Shown here: one piece after another, positions 21,770 through 31,066 of the stretch
Position numbering within the stretch: position 1 is the first letter of the stretch
Layout of the letters: the number at the start of each line of letters is the position of its first letter
From: Promethearchaeota archaeon
Lineage (GTDB): Archaea > Asgardarchaeota > Lokiarchaeia > Sigyniarchaeales > SOKP01
Reading direction: 5' to 3'
DNA length: 64,000 bases
Assembly: GCA_048941265.1 (NCBI GenBank)
Contig: JBHLNT010000003.1
Span: forward strand, 20,701-84,700
Made by a program: the position numbers and the translations under genes
Notes under the pieces: generated by a model
Database searches by the model: none
Told to the model about the DNA's origin: nothing
Seen by the model: the letters and a program-made list of their open reading frames with translations, nothing else

Positions 21770-22210
21770 ATGCAAAATAATTTCCAAATTATATTGTTTG
21801 CTTGTCTAAAATGAGGTTATGGTGCCGCTGATCTAGCAGGGGTCTCTCGTATGAAATATACTCCTTCAGTTAAAATCGTTAAACTTAGATGTACCGGGAG
21901 GATCGATGTAAAACATATACTATATGCGATAAAATCAGGAGCAGATGGAGTAATGGTCGTAGGATGAAAACCAAATGAATGTCAATTTAAGATCGGGAAT
22001 TTTACAGCTCAGAAGCATGTTGATTTTGCAAATCGAATATTAGAATCTCGAGGATTTGGCAGTCAAAGAGTAAATATGTATTGGTGTAGTAGTGCTGAAT
22101 CAGAAAAATTAGTCAAGAGTGTTGAAGATGCACTAGAAAAAGTACAGAGAGCTGGTCCAAATCCACTTAAAACAGTAAAAAGTAAAGCGAAAGTGAAAGG
22201 AAAAACTTAA
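21770..22210 (+). CDS. mvhD: Hydrogenase/Hdr [2Fe-2S] subunit D, selenoprotein with two in-frame UGA (Sec15, Sec66); 146 aa; absent from ORF track
   Basis: GGAGG then ATG 21770: MQNNFQIILFACLK*GYGAADLAGVSR...RCTGRID...GADGVMVVG*KPNEC. TGA at 21812 and 21965 align with Cys in paralog 29370 (CCNWCSYAGADLAG, TGCHIGDC). Confidence 0.92.
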
Positions 22211-22280
22211 CTACCCTAAATGAATGATTCTTGTAAAAAAATATTAGTTATAAGATGACTTGCCTCGCAAGGGATGGGGT
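22211..22280 (+). promoter_or_regulatory. SECIS-like element (eukaryote/Asgard type) in 3' UTR of hdrA-mvhD
   Basis: AUGAU (22224-22228), stem UCUUGUAA/UUAUAAGA (22229-36/22248-55), A-rich loop AAAAAUAUUAG, 3' UGAC (22256-59) forming the tandem GA core; lower helix CUACCCU/AGGGAUGG possible. Confidence 0.75.
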
Positions 22281-22340
22281 TTTTAAAAAAAAATTTTTTA
22301 CAATTTTTTTAACTAAATTTAAAAAAAGTATGATGGAAAT

Positions 22341-23840
22341 ATGGTTCAAATTAAAAAAAATTATGATTTTAATAATGTAACTTCAAAAATATTAATGGAT
22401 GCTACTTATCAAGCTTCAGAAAATTTTCAAGTTAGAGCTTTTCTTGAAGCAAAAGATGAAATTTTAAAAACTGGCAAATATTCAGAAGAAGAATTCTTCG
22501 AGATTCTTGATGCAATGATCGATGCTGAAACTGAGCGTAAATTAGTTCTCGAAAAAATGAAAGGGATAGAACCATTATTTTTAAATGAACTTGCAGATAA
22601 AATTAATGAATTTCCCCCTGAAAATGTAATAAGAGATGTAGTTTATTTAAAAGAACAAGGATATGTCGCTGAAATTGTTGAAATTAAAACCAAAATGGTT
22701 AAAAAAAAAATTAAGGGTGAAGAAAAAGAAGTCGAAGAAAAAGAATATTTTTACCGTTATCAATTAAAAGATATACATGATGATTTTGTTGAGCATTATT
22801 TTGAGCCAGTTTCAATAGTTTTTGATGCAGGTGTATGTTGTCATTGTGGTTGGTGTTCAGCTATATGTCCAGTGAATGCGATTGAAGTTACGGCAGATAT
22901 TCTAGAAATTGATGATAAAATCTGCATGAAATGTGGATTATGTTTCTCAATTTGCCCACGTTCCTTTTCAATTGATCAAGCTAATAAAAGTATTAAAAAA
23001 TTAGATAACTCCTTAAATTGGTCTGACAAAATAGGCGCTTATGTAAATACGTATTCAGGTTCAACAACCAAGGACGAAATAAAGGAAGTTAGACAAGATG
23101 GCGGTATTGTAACTTCATTGGTTGAATATTTATTAGAAGAGAAACTAGTAGATGCTGTTGTAGCAGTTCAACATTCAGAAGATTTATGGAAACCTGAACC
23201 CATTATAATAGAAGATGTAAAAGATCTTTATAAAACTGCAGGAACTAAATATGCAAATTCTCCTTCCTTGACGATTATCGATAAATGTAAAAAGTATGAT
23301 AAAATTGCTTTTGTAGGAGTTCCTTGTATGATGAAGGCCATTGGTAAAGGATCTCTTTTTCCAAGTGGATTACCCTTCTTTAAAAATATTAAATATAAAA
23401 TAGGATTATTTTGTATGGAGTCATTTCCATATGAAGGAATTATAAAATTAGTCAAGGAACAATTTAATAAGGAAATTCATGAACTAACTAAAATGAATAT
23501 TGGAGGAGGAAAATTTATAATAAAATTAAAGTCTGGCGAGCAATTAGATGTTCCCTTAGCAGATGTACAGAGTTATGCTCGCGATAATTGTCATTTCTGT
23601 GAAGATTTAACTTCAGATTATGCCGATATTTCTGTAGGATCCATTGGATCTCAAGATGGTTGGTCATCGGTAATTACGAGATCAAAAGAAGCTGATGAGA
23701 TCTATAATGATGCAGTTAAAGCTGGGTTAATTGAATCGAAAAGTCTAAAAGAGGTCAAACCCGGCCAATTCTTAGTTGAAAGAATTGCTGGTTCGAAGAG
23801 AACTAAGTGTAAAAAAATAGTGTTGGAAAAAAAAGAATAA
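22341..23840 (+). CDS. FrhB-family protein with ~155-aa N-terminal helical/winged-helix extension
   Basis: 2x CxxCxxCxxxCP, QDGGIVT, VGVPC, GLFCME, CHFCED, ADISVGSIG. Confidence 0.85.
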   Translation: MVQIKKNYDFNNVTSKILMDATYQASENFQVRAFLEAKDEILKTGKYSEEEFFEILDAMIDAETERKLVLEKMKGIEPLFLNELADKINEFPPENVIRDVVYLKEQGYVAEIVEIKTKMVKKKIKGEEKEVEEKEYFYRYQLKDIHDDFVEHYFEPVSIVFDAGVCCHCGWCSAICPVNAIEVTADILEIDDKICMKCGLCFSICPRSFSIDQANKSIKKLDNSLNWSDKIGAYVNTYSGSTTKDEIKEVRQDGGIVTSLVEYLLEEKLVDAVVAVQHSEDLWKPEPIIIEDVKDLYKTAGTKYANSPSLTIIDKCKKYDKIAFVGVPCMMKAIGKGSLFPSGLPFFKNIKYKIGLFCMESFPYEGIIKLVKEQFNKEIHELTKMNIGGGKFIIKLKSGEQLDVPLADVQSYARDNCHFCEDLTSDYADISVGSIGSQDGWSSVITRSKEADEIYNDAVKAGLIESKSLKEVKPGQFLVERIAGSKRTKCKKIVLEKKE

Positions 23841-23856
23841 AAATGATGATATTTAA

Positions 23857-24966
23857 ATGCCAAAAACATTCCAAGATTTAATTGAGGAAGTACATAATAA
23901 AGGTATTTGTCAAGAATGTGGAGGCTGTGTTAGTTTCTGCAGCTCTGCAGAGTATGATGTGATAGGTTTAAAAGATCCTTACACTCCACCAGAATATATA
24001 AACAAAGATAAATGCTTAGAATGTGGTATATGTTATTATATTTGTCCACAAACACATATATTAGATGATGAGCTTAATAAAACTTATAATTTTGCTGATT
24101 TTTCATCAATGCCAATTGGTAATTATGATAATATTTATTCTTGTCAAGCAACGGATAAGGAGTTCTTAGAATATGGAACTGATGGGGGTGTCGTGAATTC
24201 TCTAATTAATTTTTTAATAGAACAAAAATTAATTGATGGAGCTGTTGTTTCGAAAACTGATGCTCCTTTTTCAAGAGAAGCTACTTTTGCCGATAGCAAA
24301 TATGACTTACTAAAGGCATCAGGTGCAAAATTAGACGTTACCCCTCAACTAGATGAGATCCAAAAATTTTGTACATATACTCACTCAATTCCAAAATTAA
24401 ATCATTATAAATTTAAAAAGTTAGCAGTGGTTGGAACACCTTGTCAGCTTTATACAATTAGATGTATGCAGGACCTGGGTGTAACACCATCAGAAAATAT
24501 AGAAATCTGTTTAGGATTATTTTGTTATGAGAACTTTCTCTTTGAAAAATTTCAGATTCAAAAATTTGAAAAGGATTTTAACATAAAATTCTCAGATATT
24601 GTTAAAATAAATATTAAAGAAGATGTAATTTTTCAAATAAAAGATGAGGCAATCGGAGAGAAAATAGTTCATATTCCCTTTAATCATTTAACTGATTATA
24701 TGCGCCCAGCATGTAATGCTTGTGGCGACTTCACAAATATTTATGCCGATATTTCCTTTGGGGGGTTAGGTTCTCCCGATAAATATACAACTGTCATCCC
24801 GCGAACTGAAAAAGGAAAAAACATTTTTTTAAAAGCGATTAATGCGGGAATAATAAATTGTAAAGATATAGATTCTACTAAAAAAAATAAAATGATTGAG
24901 TTAATTTCTCAGTTCTCTCAATCAAAAATAAAACGTAAAGAAAATTTTATTAAGAATCTACAATAG
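23857..24966 (+). CDS. FrhB-family F420-dependent oxidoreductase subunit
   Basis: CQECGGCVSFC, CLECGICYYICP, DGGVV, VGTPC, GLFCYE, CNACGD, ADISFGGLG. Confidence 0.85.
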   Translation: MPKTFQDLIEEVHNKGICQECGGCVSFCSSAEYDVIGLKDPYTPPEYINKDKCLECGICYYICPQTHILDDELNKTYNFADFSSMPIGNYDNIYSCQATDKEFLEYGTDGGVVNSLINFLIEQKLIDGAVVSKTDAPFSREATFADSKYDLLKASGAKLDVTPQLDEIQKFCTYTHSIPKLNHYKFKKLAVVGTPCQLYTIRCMQDLGVTPSENIEICLGLFCYENFLFEKFQIQKFEKDFNIKFSDIVKINIKEDVIFQIKDEAIGEKIVHIPFNHLTDYMRPACNACGDFTNIYADISFGGLGSPDKYTTVIPRTEKGKNIFLKAINAGIINCKDIDSTKKNKMIELISQFSQSKIKRKENFIKNLQ

Positions 24967-24979
24967 AGATGAGGAGATT

Positions 24980-26263
24980 ATAACAGAAACAAATTCAGAA
25001 TCAAAAAGAGAAATTATTCGTAAAAAATTATTTGCCGATACACTTAATTATTTAGATAAAATATATGAGCCAAATTTACGCGATTTATTAAAGAGATGCT
25101 ATCAATGTGGACGATGCAGTGGTGTGTGTCAATTAAGTAAAGTTCAAAAATATACCCCAAGTAAAATTATACAACTCATTTTGGAGGGTTTTGAAGATAA
25201 AGTCATTGAGAGTGGGGCTCTATGGGATTGTCTCACATGTAATCAATGTCTTAAAGACTGTCCAGAAGAAATTAATTTTGCAGATATCGTAAGAATGGCT
25301 AAATGGAAAATGAGACATAATGCTAATCAAAATCCTGATGAACTTATCGCTCATAAAGGTATGTATACTACGATATCAGAAATAATGAGTCGACCATATG
25401 TTCAACCAGAACGCTCTCTTGATTGGGTTCCGAAAGGATGTAAAGTATCAAATAAAGGAAATATTTTATATTACGTTGGATGTTTACCCTTTTTTAATTA
25501 TGAGTTTGAAAATTCAACCTCGATTGCAGAAAGCACTTTAAAAATAATATGCCAGATTGAAAAAGAAACGATCGTAGTTTTTAAAGAAGAGATATGCTGT
25601 GGGCACGATATTTATTGGGGACAAGGAAAACTAAAGACTTTTATAAAGTTAGGTAAAAAAAATATAGAGATGTTCGAAAAAGCGGGAATATCTAAAATCA
25701 TAACTGCATGTGCCGAGTGCTATAGAACATTTAAAGTAGATTATCCAAACATTTTTGATGATTTTAATAATAAATTTCAGGTCCAACATATTATTGAATA
25801 CATTTATGAAAATTGGAAACAACAAAAAATTAAATTTAAAAATCCAAAAGAGAGTTCTGAAAGAATTCCTTTTACATATCACGATCCTTGTAGATTAAGC
25901 AGATTTTTACCCAAGGAGAACACTATAAATGAAAAGGCTCGTGAAATTTTTAAGGAATTTAAAGATTTAGGGTATGATTTTGAAGAAATGAAGCATAATA
26001 AAAAAAATTCTCTTTGTTGTGGGGTGAGCAGTTGGATGAATTGTAATGAGAAATCCAAAGCGCTGCGATATAAACGTATGTTAGAAGCGAAGGCCGCTGG
26101 AGATATTATGCTTACTTCTTGCCCTAAATGTAAGATACATCTGTCTTGCCTTCAAGATGACTTTGAAGATATAGCTTCTATAGAAATTATGGACTTTTCT
26201 GAATTTTTAGTTGATCATATTGAGATAATTAAACCTGGAAAGGATACGGAGGCTAAAAAATAA
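24980..26263 (+). CDS. HdrD/HdrC-B-like Fe-S protein (2x[4Fe-4S] + CCG domains); probable ATA start
   Basis: Frame open from 24932. First cluster motif CYQCGRCSGVC lies mostly upstream of the track GTG (25124); CCG, TACAECY, YHDPC, CCG, SCPKC follow. Confidence 0.8.
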   Translation: MTETNSESKREIIRKKLFADTLNYLDKIYEPNLRDLLKRCYQCGRCSGVCQLSKVQKYTPSKIIQLILEGFEDKVIESGALWDCLTCNQCLKDCPEEINFADIVRMAKWKMRHNANQNPDELIAHKGMYTTISEIMSRPYVQPERSLDWVPKGCKVSNKGNILYYVGCLPFFNYEFENSTSIAESTLKIICQIEKETIVVFKEEICCGHDIYWGQGKLKTFIKLGKKNIEMFEKAGISKIITACAECYRTFKVDYPNIFDDFNNKFQVQHIIEYIYENWKQQKIKFKNPKESSERIPFTYHDPCRLSRFLPKENTINEKAREIFKEFKDLGYDFEEMKHNKKNSLCCGVSSWMNCNEKSKALRYKRMLEAKAAGDIMLTSCPKCKIHLSCLQDDFEDIASIEIMDFSEFLVDHIEIIKPGKDTEAKK

Positions 26264-29200
26264 TGGAAGGATCGGTGGTGGTTATTGGTGGAGGAATCGC
26301 CGGGATTCAAACATCATTGGATTTAACCGAATTAGGTTTTAAAGTTTATTTAGTAGAACGAAACCCATCAATTGGAGGGAGGATGGCTCAGCTTGATAAA
26401 ACATTTCCTACTAACGATTGTAGTTTGTGCATACTTGCTCCTAAAATGGTTGAGGTTTTCAGAAATCCAAATATTGAACTTATGACGTACCATGAGATCA
26501 AAAAAGTAGAAGGAAAACCAGGTGATTTTACGGTCACAGTCCTTAAAAAACCACGATATATTGATGAAACGAAATGTAAAGGCTGTGGAGACTGCGCTGC
26601 TAAATGTCCCAAAATTGAAGTTCCTAATCTTTTCGATATGAATTTAGGCAAAAGAAAATCAGTTTACATTCCATTTCCTCAGGCAGTCCCTCCTATTTAT
26701 CTAATTGATCCTGAAATTTGCTTAAAATTGACTAAAGGAGTTTGTGGAGTCTGTGAAAAAGTTTGTCAAGCTGAAGCAATTGATTATGAGCAAAAACCAA
26801 AAGAAATTAAACTAAAAGTTGGTGCCATCGTCGTTGCAACTGGATTTGATATGCCTGCTGAAGAATTAACATCAAGATGGGGGTATCAATATGAAAATGT
26901 GGTAAGCGCTCTCGAATATGAAAGAATTCTATGTGCTTCTGGTCCTTTTGGAGGTCATGTGTTGAGACCAAGCAATCAAGAAGAACCCGAAAAAATTGCA
27001 TTTATTCAGTGTGCCGGTTCAAGAGATCTTCATGAAAATGTTCCTTATTGTTCAAGTGTGTGTTGTATGTACACCGCAAAAGAAGCTATTATTACAAAAG
27101 AACATTCTGATAATTCAAATTGTTATGTATTTCGGCATGATATTAGAGCTTATGGGAAAAATTTCTATGAATTCACCCAAAGAGCCCAAGAAGAATATGG
27201 AGTGCAATATTTTCAAACTAAAATTAGTACTATTGAGGAAGAACCTGAATCAAAAGATCTTATTATTCATTATGAAGATTTAAGAACTGGAAAATTTAAT
27301 GATTTTAAGGCAAATTTGGTGGTATTAGCAACTCCATTAGTACCTTCTAAAGGAACAGAAGAATTAGCTCAAATATTAGGTGTTGAAATAGACAAATATC
27401 ATTTTTTCAAAGAAAAAACCTTTTTTGATAAATCTTTATCATCTAAAGATGGAATATTCTTATGTGGTTTTTGTCAAGGACCTATGGATATTCCAGAAAC
27501 AGTGGCAGATGCCAGCGGGGTAGCATCTCAAGTTGCAAATCTACTAAATTCTGTGAAATATACTGAAACTAAAGAAAAAGTTTTTGAATTACCTGAAATA
27601 GAGGTAAAAATCACAGATGAGCCACGAATTGGAGTATTAGTCTGTCATTGCGGAATTAACATTGGTAAATATGTTGATGTATCCGAAGTAGTTGATTATA
27701 TTGGAAAGTTACCATATGTCGTACATTGTGAGGCCAATTTATACTCATGTAGTTCTGATTCTCAAGCAAGAATTAAAGAGGTAATTCAAGAAAAAAACTT
27801 AAACCGATTTATTGTAGCATCTTGTACACCAAGAACTCATGAAGCGTTATTTCAAGAAACCTGCCAAGAAGCAGGTCTAAATAAATACTTATTTGAAATG
27901 GTTAATATACGCGACCAGTGTTCATGGGTTCATATGGGTGATAATAAGGGAGCTACTGCTAAAGCAAAAGATCTCATAAGAATGGCCGTCGCAAAATCTC
28001 GATTATTAAAGCCGCTAACGGAGACTAAATTAGATATCACTCCTACTGCGCTAATAATTGGTGGAGGCATATCTGGGATGACAGCCGCATTAAATATTGC
28101 TAATCAAGGATTTAAAGCATATCTTGTAGAAATAGAGGACAGATTAGGAGGTAATTTGAATAATCTTAATGTTCTATATCCTATTCAAGAAGATGCAACA
28201 ATATTTTTAAATAATATTCAAGATAAAGTTAAGAAACATAAAAATATCGAAATTTTCCTAAAATCTCAAATTAAAGAGATTAAAGGTTATATCGGAAATT
28301 ATAATGTCTCGATTGCCACCAATAAAAAATCTCAAGATTTTAAAATTGGAACAATTATCGTTGCCACTGGCGCTCAAGAATTAAAACCTAATGGCGAGTT
28401 CCATTATGATAAAAAGAATAAGAATATTCTTACTCAGTTAGAGCTAGAACAAAAGTTAAAAGAAAAAGATAAATCATGGCTAGATAATATTAAACGAGTT
28501 ACAACCATTTTATGTGTTGAAGCCAGACAGAAAGAGGGAATTACTTATTGTTCTAATGTGTGTTGTGGCGTTAGCATTAAGAATATGAGTATTTTAAAAG
28601 AATTAAAGCCAGATCTCGAAATGATTATGCTCTATAGAGACTTTCAAATGGCGAAAAAGGAATTTGAAGAATATTATCGAGAACGAAGGAAAGATGCGAT
28701 TTTCCTACGATATGATCTAGATCAAATACCAATAATTTCGAAGAAGAGCAGCAAACCAGAAAAATATGAGATAAAAGTTTTTGATACTAATCTACAAGAC
28801 ACAATTGAATTTGAGACAGATTTAATTATATTATCTACTCCTATGATTCCAGCTGATAATTTAAGTGAATTAGCCAAAATGTTAAAAGTTCCATTAGATA
28901 AAAATGGCTTTTTCTTAGAAGCTCACGTGAAGCTAAGGCCATTAGATTTTGCTACGGACGGAATTTTTCTTGCAGGATGTGCCCAATGGCCAAAAAATAT
29001 ACAAGATTCAATTGCTCAGGCTAATGGAGCTGCTGGAAGAGCAAGTCGATTTTTAAGTGCGAAAACAATAAAAACCTCAGGATTAATTGCAGAAGTAAAT
29101 CCTGAAAGATGTATAGGTTGTGGAAAGTGTGAATCTGTGTGTCCATATAATGCAATAGAAATTAAAGAGGCATCAATGGAATTCGAAGATATCAGCTTAG

Positions 29201-29343
29201 TGCTAAAAAAATCATTTATTAATTCGGCATTATGCAAGGGGTGCGGAACGTGTGCCGCTACCTGTCCGAATGGCGCCATTTCAGTAAAACATTATGATTT
29301 TGACCAAATTTTTGCTATGATTGAAACATATTTATTGGATTAA
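26263..29343 (+). CDS. hdrA: Large HdrA-like flavoprotein (two FAD modules, all-Cys)
   Basis: Two VIGGG.AG FAD motifs, DKTFPTNDC, CSSVCC, internal CHCG/CTPRTHE domain, C-terminal ferredoxin. Confidence 0.9.
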   Translation: MEGSVVVIGGGIAGIQTSLDLTELGFKVYLVERNPSIGGRMAQLDKTFPTNDCSLCILAPKMVEVFRNPNIELMTYHEIKKVEGKPGDFTVTVLKKPRYIDETKCKGCGDCAAKCPKIEVPNLFDMNLGKRKSVYIPFPQAVPPIYLIDPEICLKLTKGVCGVCEKVCQAEAIDYEQKPKEIKLKVGAIVVATGFDMPAEELTSRWGYQYENVVSALEYERILCASGPFGGHVLRPSNQEEPEKIAFIQCAGSRDLHENVPYCSSVCCMYTAKEAIITKEHSDNSNCYVFRHDIRAYGKNFYEFTQRAQEEYGVQYFQTKISTIEEEPESKDLIIHYEDLRTGKFNDFKANLVVLATPLVPSKGTEELAQILGVEIDKYHFFKEKTFFDKSLSSKDGIFLCGFCQGPMDIPETVADASGVASQVANLLNSVKYTETKEKVFELPEIEVKITDEPRIGVLVCHCGINIGKYVDVSEVVDYIGKLPYVVHCEANLYSCSSDSQARIKEVIQEKNLNRFIVASCTPRTHEALFQETCQEAGLNKYLFEMVNIRDQCSWVHMGDNKGATAKAKDLIRMAVAKSRLLKPLTETKLDITPTALIIGGGISGMTAALNIANQGFKAYLVEIEDRLGGNLNNLNVLYPIQEDATIFLNNIQDKVKKHKNIEIFLKSQIKEIKGYIGNYNVSIATNKKSQDFKIGTIIVATGAQELKPNGEFHYDKKNKNILTQLELEQKLKEKDKSWLDNIKRVTTILCVEARQKEGITYCSNVCCGVSIKNMSILKELKPDLEMIMLYRDFQMAKKEFEEYYRERRKDAIFLRYDLDQIPIISKKSSKPEKYEIKVFDTNLQDTIEFETDLIILSTPMIPADNLSELAKMLKVPLDKNGFFLEAHVKLRPLDFATDGIFLAGCAQWPKNIQDSIAQANGAAGRASRFLSAKTIKTSGLIAEVNPERCIGCGKCESVCPYNAIEIKEASMEFEDISLVLKKSFINSALCKGCGTCAATCPNGAISVKHYDFDQIFAMIETYLLD

Positions 29344-29369
29344 ATTAAAGAAAAAATGAGAGAGAAAAA

Positions 29370-29807
29370 ATGTCAAAAACCAAAAAAAAACCCAAAAATC
29401 CTGATTTTAATCCTGAAATTTTAGTTTTTTGTTGTAATTGGTGTTCTTACGCTGGAGCAGATCTTGCTGGTGTATCAAGATTCCAATATCCTCCCAATAT
29501 GAGAATCGTCCGTGTTATGTGTTCTGGCAGAGTTGACCCGACATTCGTTTTAAAAGCTTTAAAGGATGGAGCAGATGGAATTTTGATAACAGGATGTCAT
29601 ATTGGCGACTGCCATTATATTTCAGGGAACGAATATACCCGAGATAGATTTAAAAAACTTCATGAAATTATTATTAAACAGTTAGGAATTGATGGAAAAC
29701 GCGTAAGACTCGAATGGGTTAGCGCATCAGAAGGAAAGCGATTCGCCGATTTAATTACTGAATTTACAAACCAAATTAAAGAATTGGGCCCTCTTAAAGT
29801 ATTTTAA
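29370..29807 (+). CDS. mvhD: MvhD/FlpD [2Fe-2S] subunit, Cys form
   Basis: FCCNWCSYAGADLAG, RVMCSGRVD, GCHIGDCHY, WVSASEG. Confidence 0.93.
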   Translation: MSKTKKKPKNPDFNPEILVFCCNWCSYAGADLAGVSRFQYPPNMRIVRVMCSGRVDPTFVLKALKDGADGILITGCHIGDCHYISGNEYTRDRFKKLHEIIIKQLGIDGKRVRLEWVSASEGKRFADLITEFTNQIKELGPLKVF

Positions 29808-29821
29808 AAAAAAGATTTTTT

Positions 29822-31054
29822 TTAGCTAATTAATGACTCTAAAATTAATTCAACTAAATCAACCATCTTTATATTCGAGTTAAGTTCTTTAATTGCATCA
29901 GATAAGTTTCGATAACAAAATGGACAAGTACTTACTAAAATAGAAGCTCCTGTTTCCTCTGCATCTTTAATCCTGTTTTTAGCCATCTCGAGAGACAATT
30001 CTGGAAATCCTTTCTTTACGCCACCTCCTGCCCCACAACACATGGCTGCTTCACAATTAGTTTTCATCTCAGTTAGATTCGAAATTTTGCTTAACAATTC
30101 TCTTGGAGTGAGGTATAATCCCATATGTCGTCCAATATGACACGGATCATGATATGTGGTTTTGACATCCAAATTTTTTAACTTAATACCTTTTTGGGCT
30201 ATAATATTTTTTATATAATCGAATGAATGGAATATCTCAATCCCCTCAAGCCTATCTCCATAATCTTTTTTAAAGGTTCTATAGCATCCTGCACAACTGG
30301 TTATAATCTTTTTCACTCCTCTTTCTTTAAATAACTTAGCATTTTGTTCTGCCACTGTGTTAAATGCTTTTTTGTCTCCGGTTCGCATTGCTACACTTCC
30401 ACAACATACTTCTTTTTCTCCGAAGATTGAAAAGTCTATTCCTAAATTTTTTAATATTTTAGCGGTAGCGACGGCAACATTTTGTATTTCAGAGGTTAAT
30501 GCTGCTGTACATCCTACGAAATATAGGATATCAGAACTCTCATTTTGGGCGTTCTTAACTTCAAAATCCAATTGCTCTGTCCATTTAAGTTTGTCTTTAT
30601 TATCTCGTTCATAAGGATTTAATAATTCTACCATCGCTTTATTCATTGGAACCTGAGATTCTATCGGAAAACCAGCTTCTACTAAATCTGCTCTCAGGGC
30701 TTCATATACTTTCACATGATCAGTCCATCTGTGAGTTATAAAATCGAAATTATCATTATGGGCGTCAAAACAAAATTCATAACAAGCTCCACAGAGTGTA
30801 CACTGAAATATAATATCGCTTATTTCTTGGCTTAATTGCAAATCCCCCCAAAAAAGTCCTCTTAAAATAATATTTTTCCCCCGAGAAAAAAACGTATCAA
30901 ATTTTGGAGTTATATCAGTATTATATACTGGACAAACATAGTAAATTCCTTTCGAAGGCCAATTAGCAACCCGGCATTGTCCGCATTGAACGCACGATAA
31001 TGCGGCATCCTTAAGTTCGCTTAAATTTTTTAACGAATTTTGGGTTTCATTCAT
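29822..31054 (-). CDS. HdrD/GlcF-like Fe-S oxidoreductase (CCG domains)
   Basis: CVQCGQC, CTLCGAC, CCG, SCAGC, YHDPCH, CCGAGGG, CPFC. Confidence 0.85.
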   Translation of the reverse strand: MNETQNSLKNLSELKDAALSCVQCGQCRVANWPSKGIYYVCPVYNTDITPKFDTFFSRGKNIILRGLFWGDLQLSQEISDIIFQCTLCGACYEFCFDAHNDNFDFITHRWTDHVKVYEALRADLVEAGFPIESQVPMNKAMVELLNPYERDNKDKLKWTEQLDFEVKNAQNESSDILYFVGCTAALTSEIQNVAVATAKILKNLGIDFSIFGEKEVCCGSVAMRTGDKKAFNTVAEQNAKLFKERGVKKIITSCAGCYRTFKKDYGDRLEGIEIFHSFDYIKNIIAQKGIKLKNLDVKTTYHDPCHIGRHMGLYLTPRELLSKISNLTEMKTNCEAAMCCGAGGGVKKGFPELSLEMAKNRIKDAEETGASILVSTCPFCYRNLSDAIKELNSNIKMVDLVELILESLIS

Positions 31055-31066
31055 TTTTCACACCTC

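Noticed and set aside
19786-22210. Reading hdrA/mvhD as pseudogenes or as genome-wide UGA reassignment
   Set aside because: All five stops are TGA at Cys columns with no other decay, and TGA terminates other genes normally.
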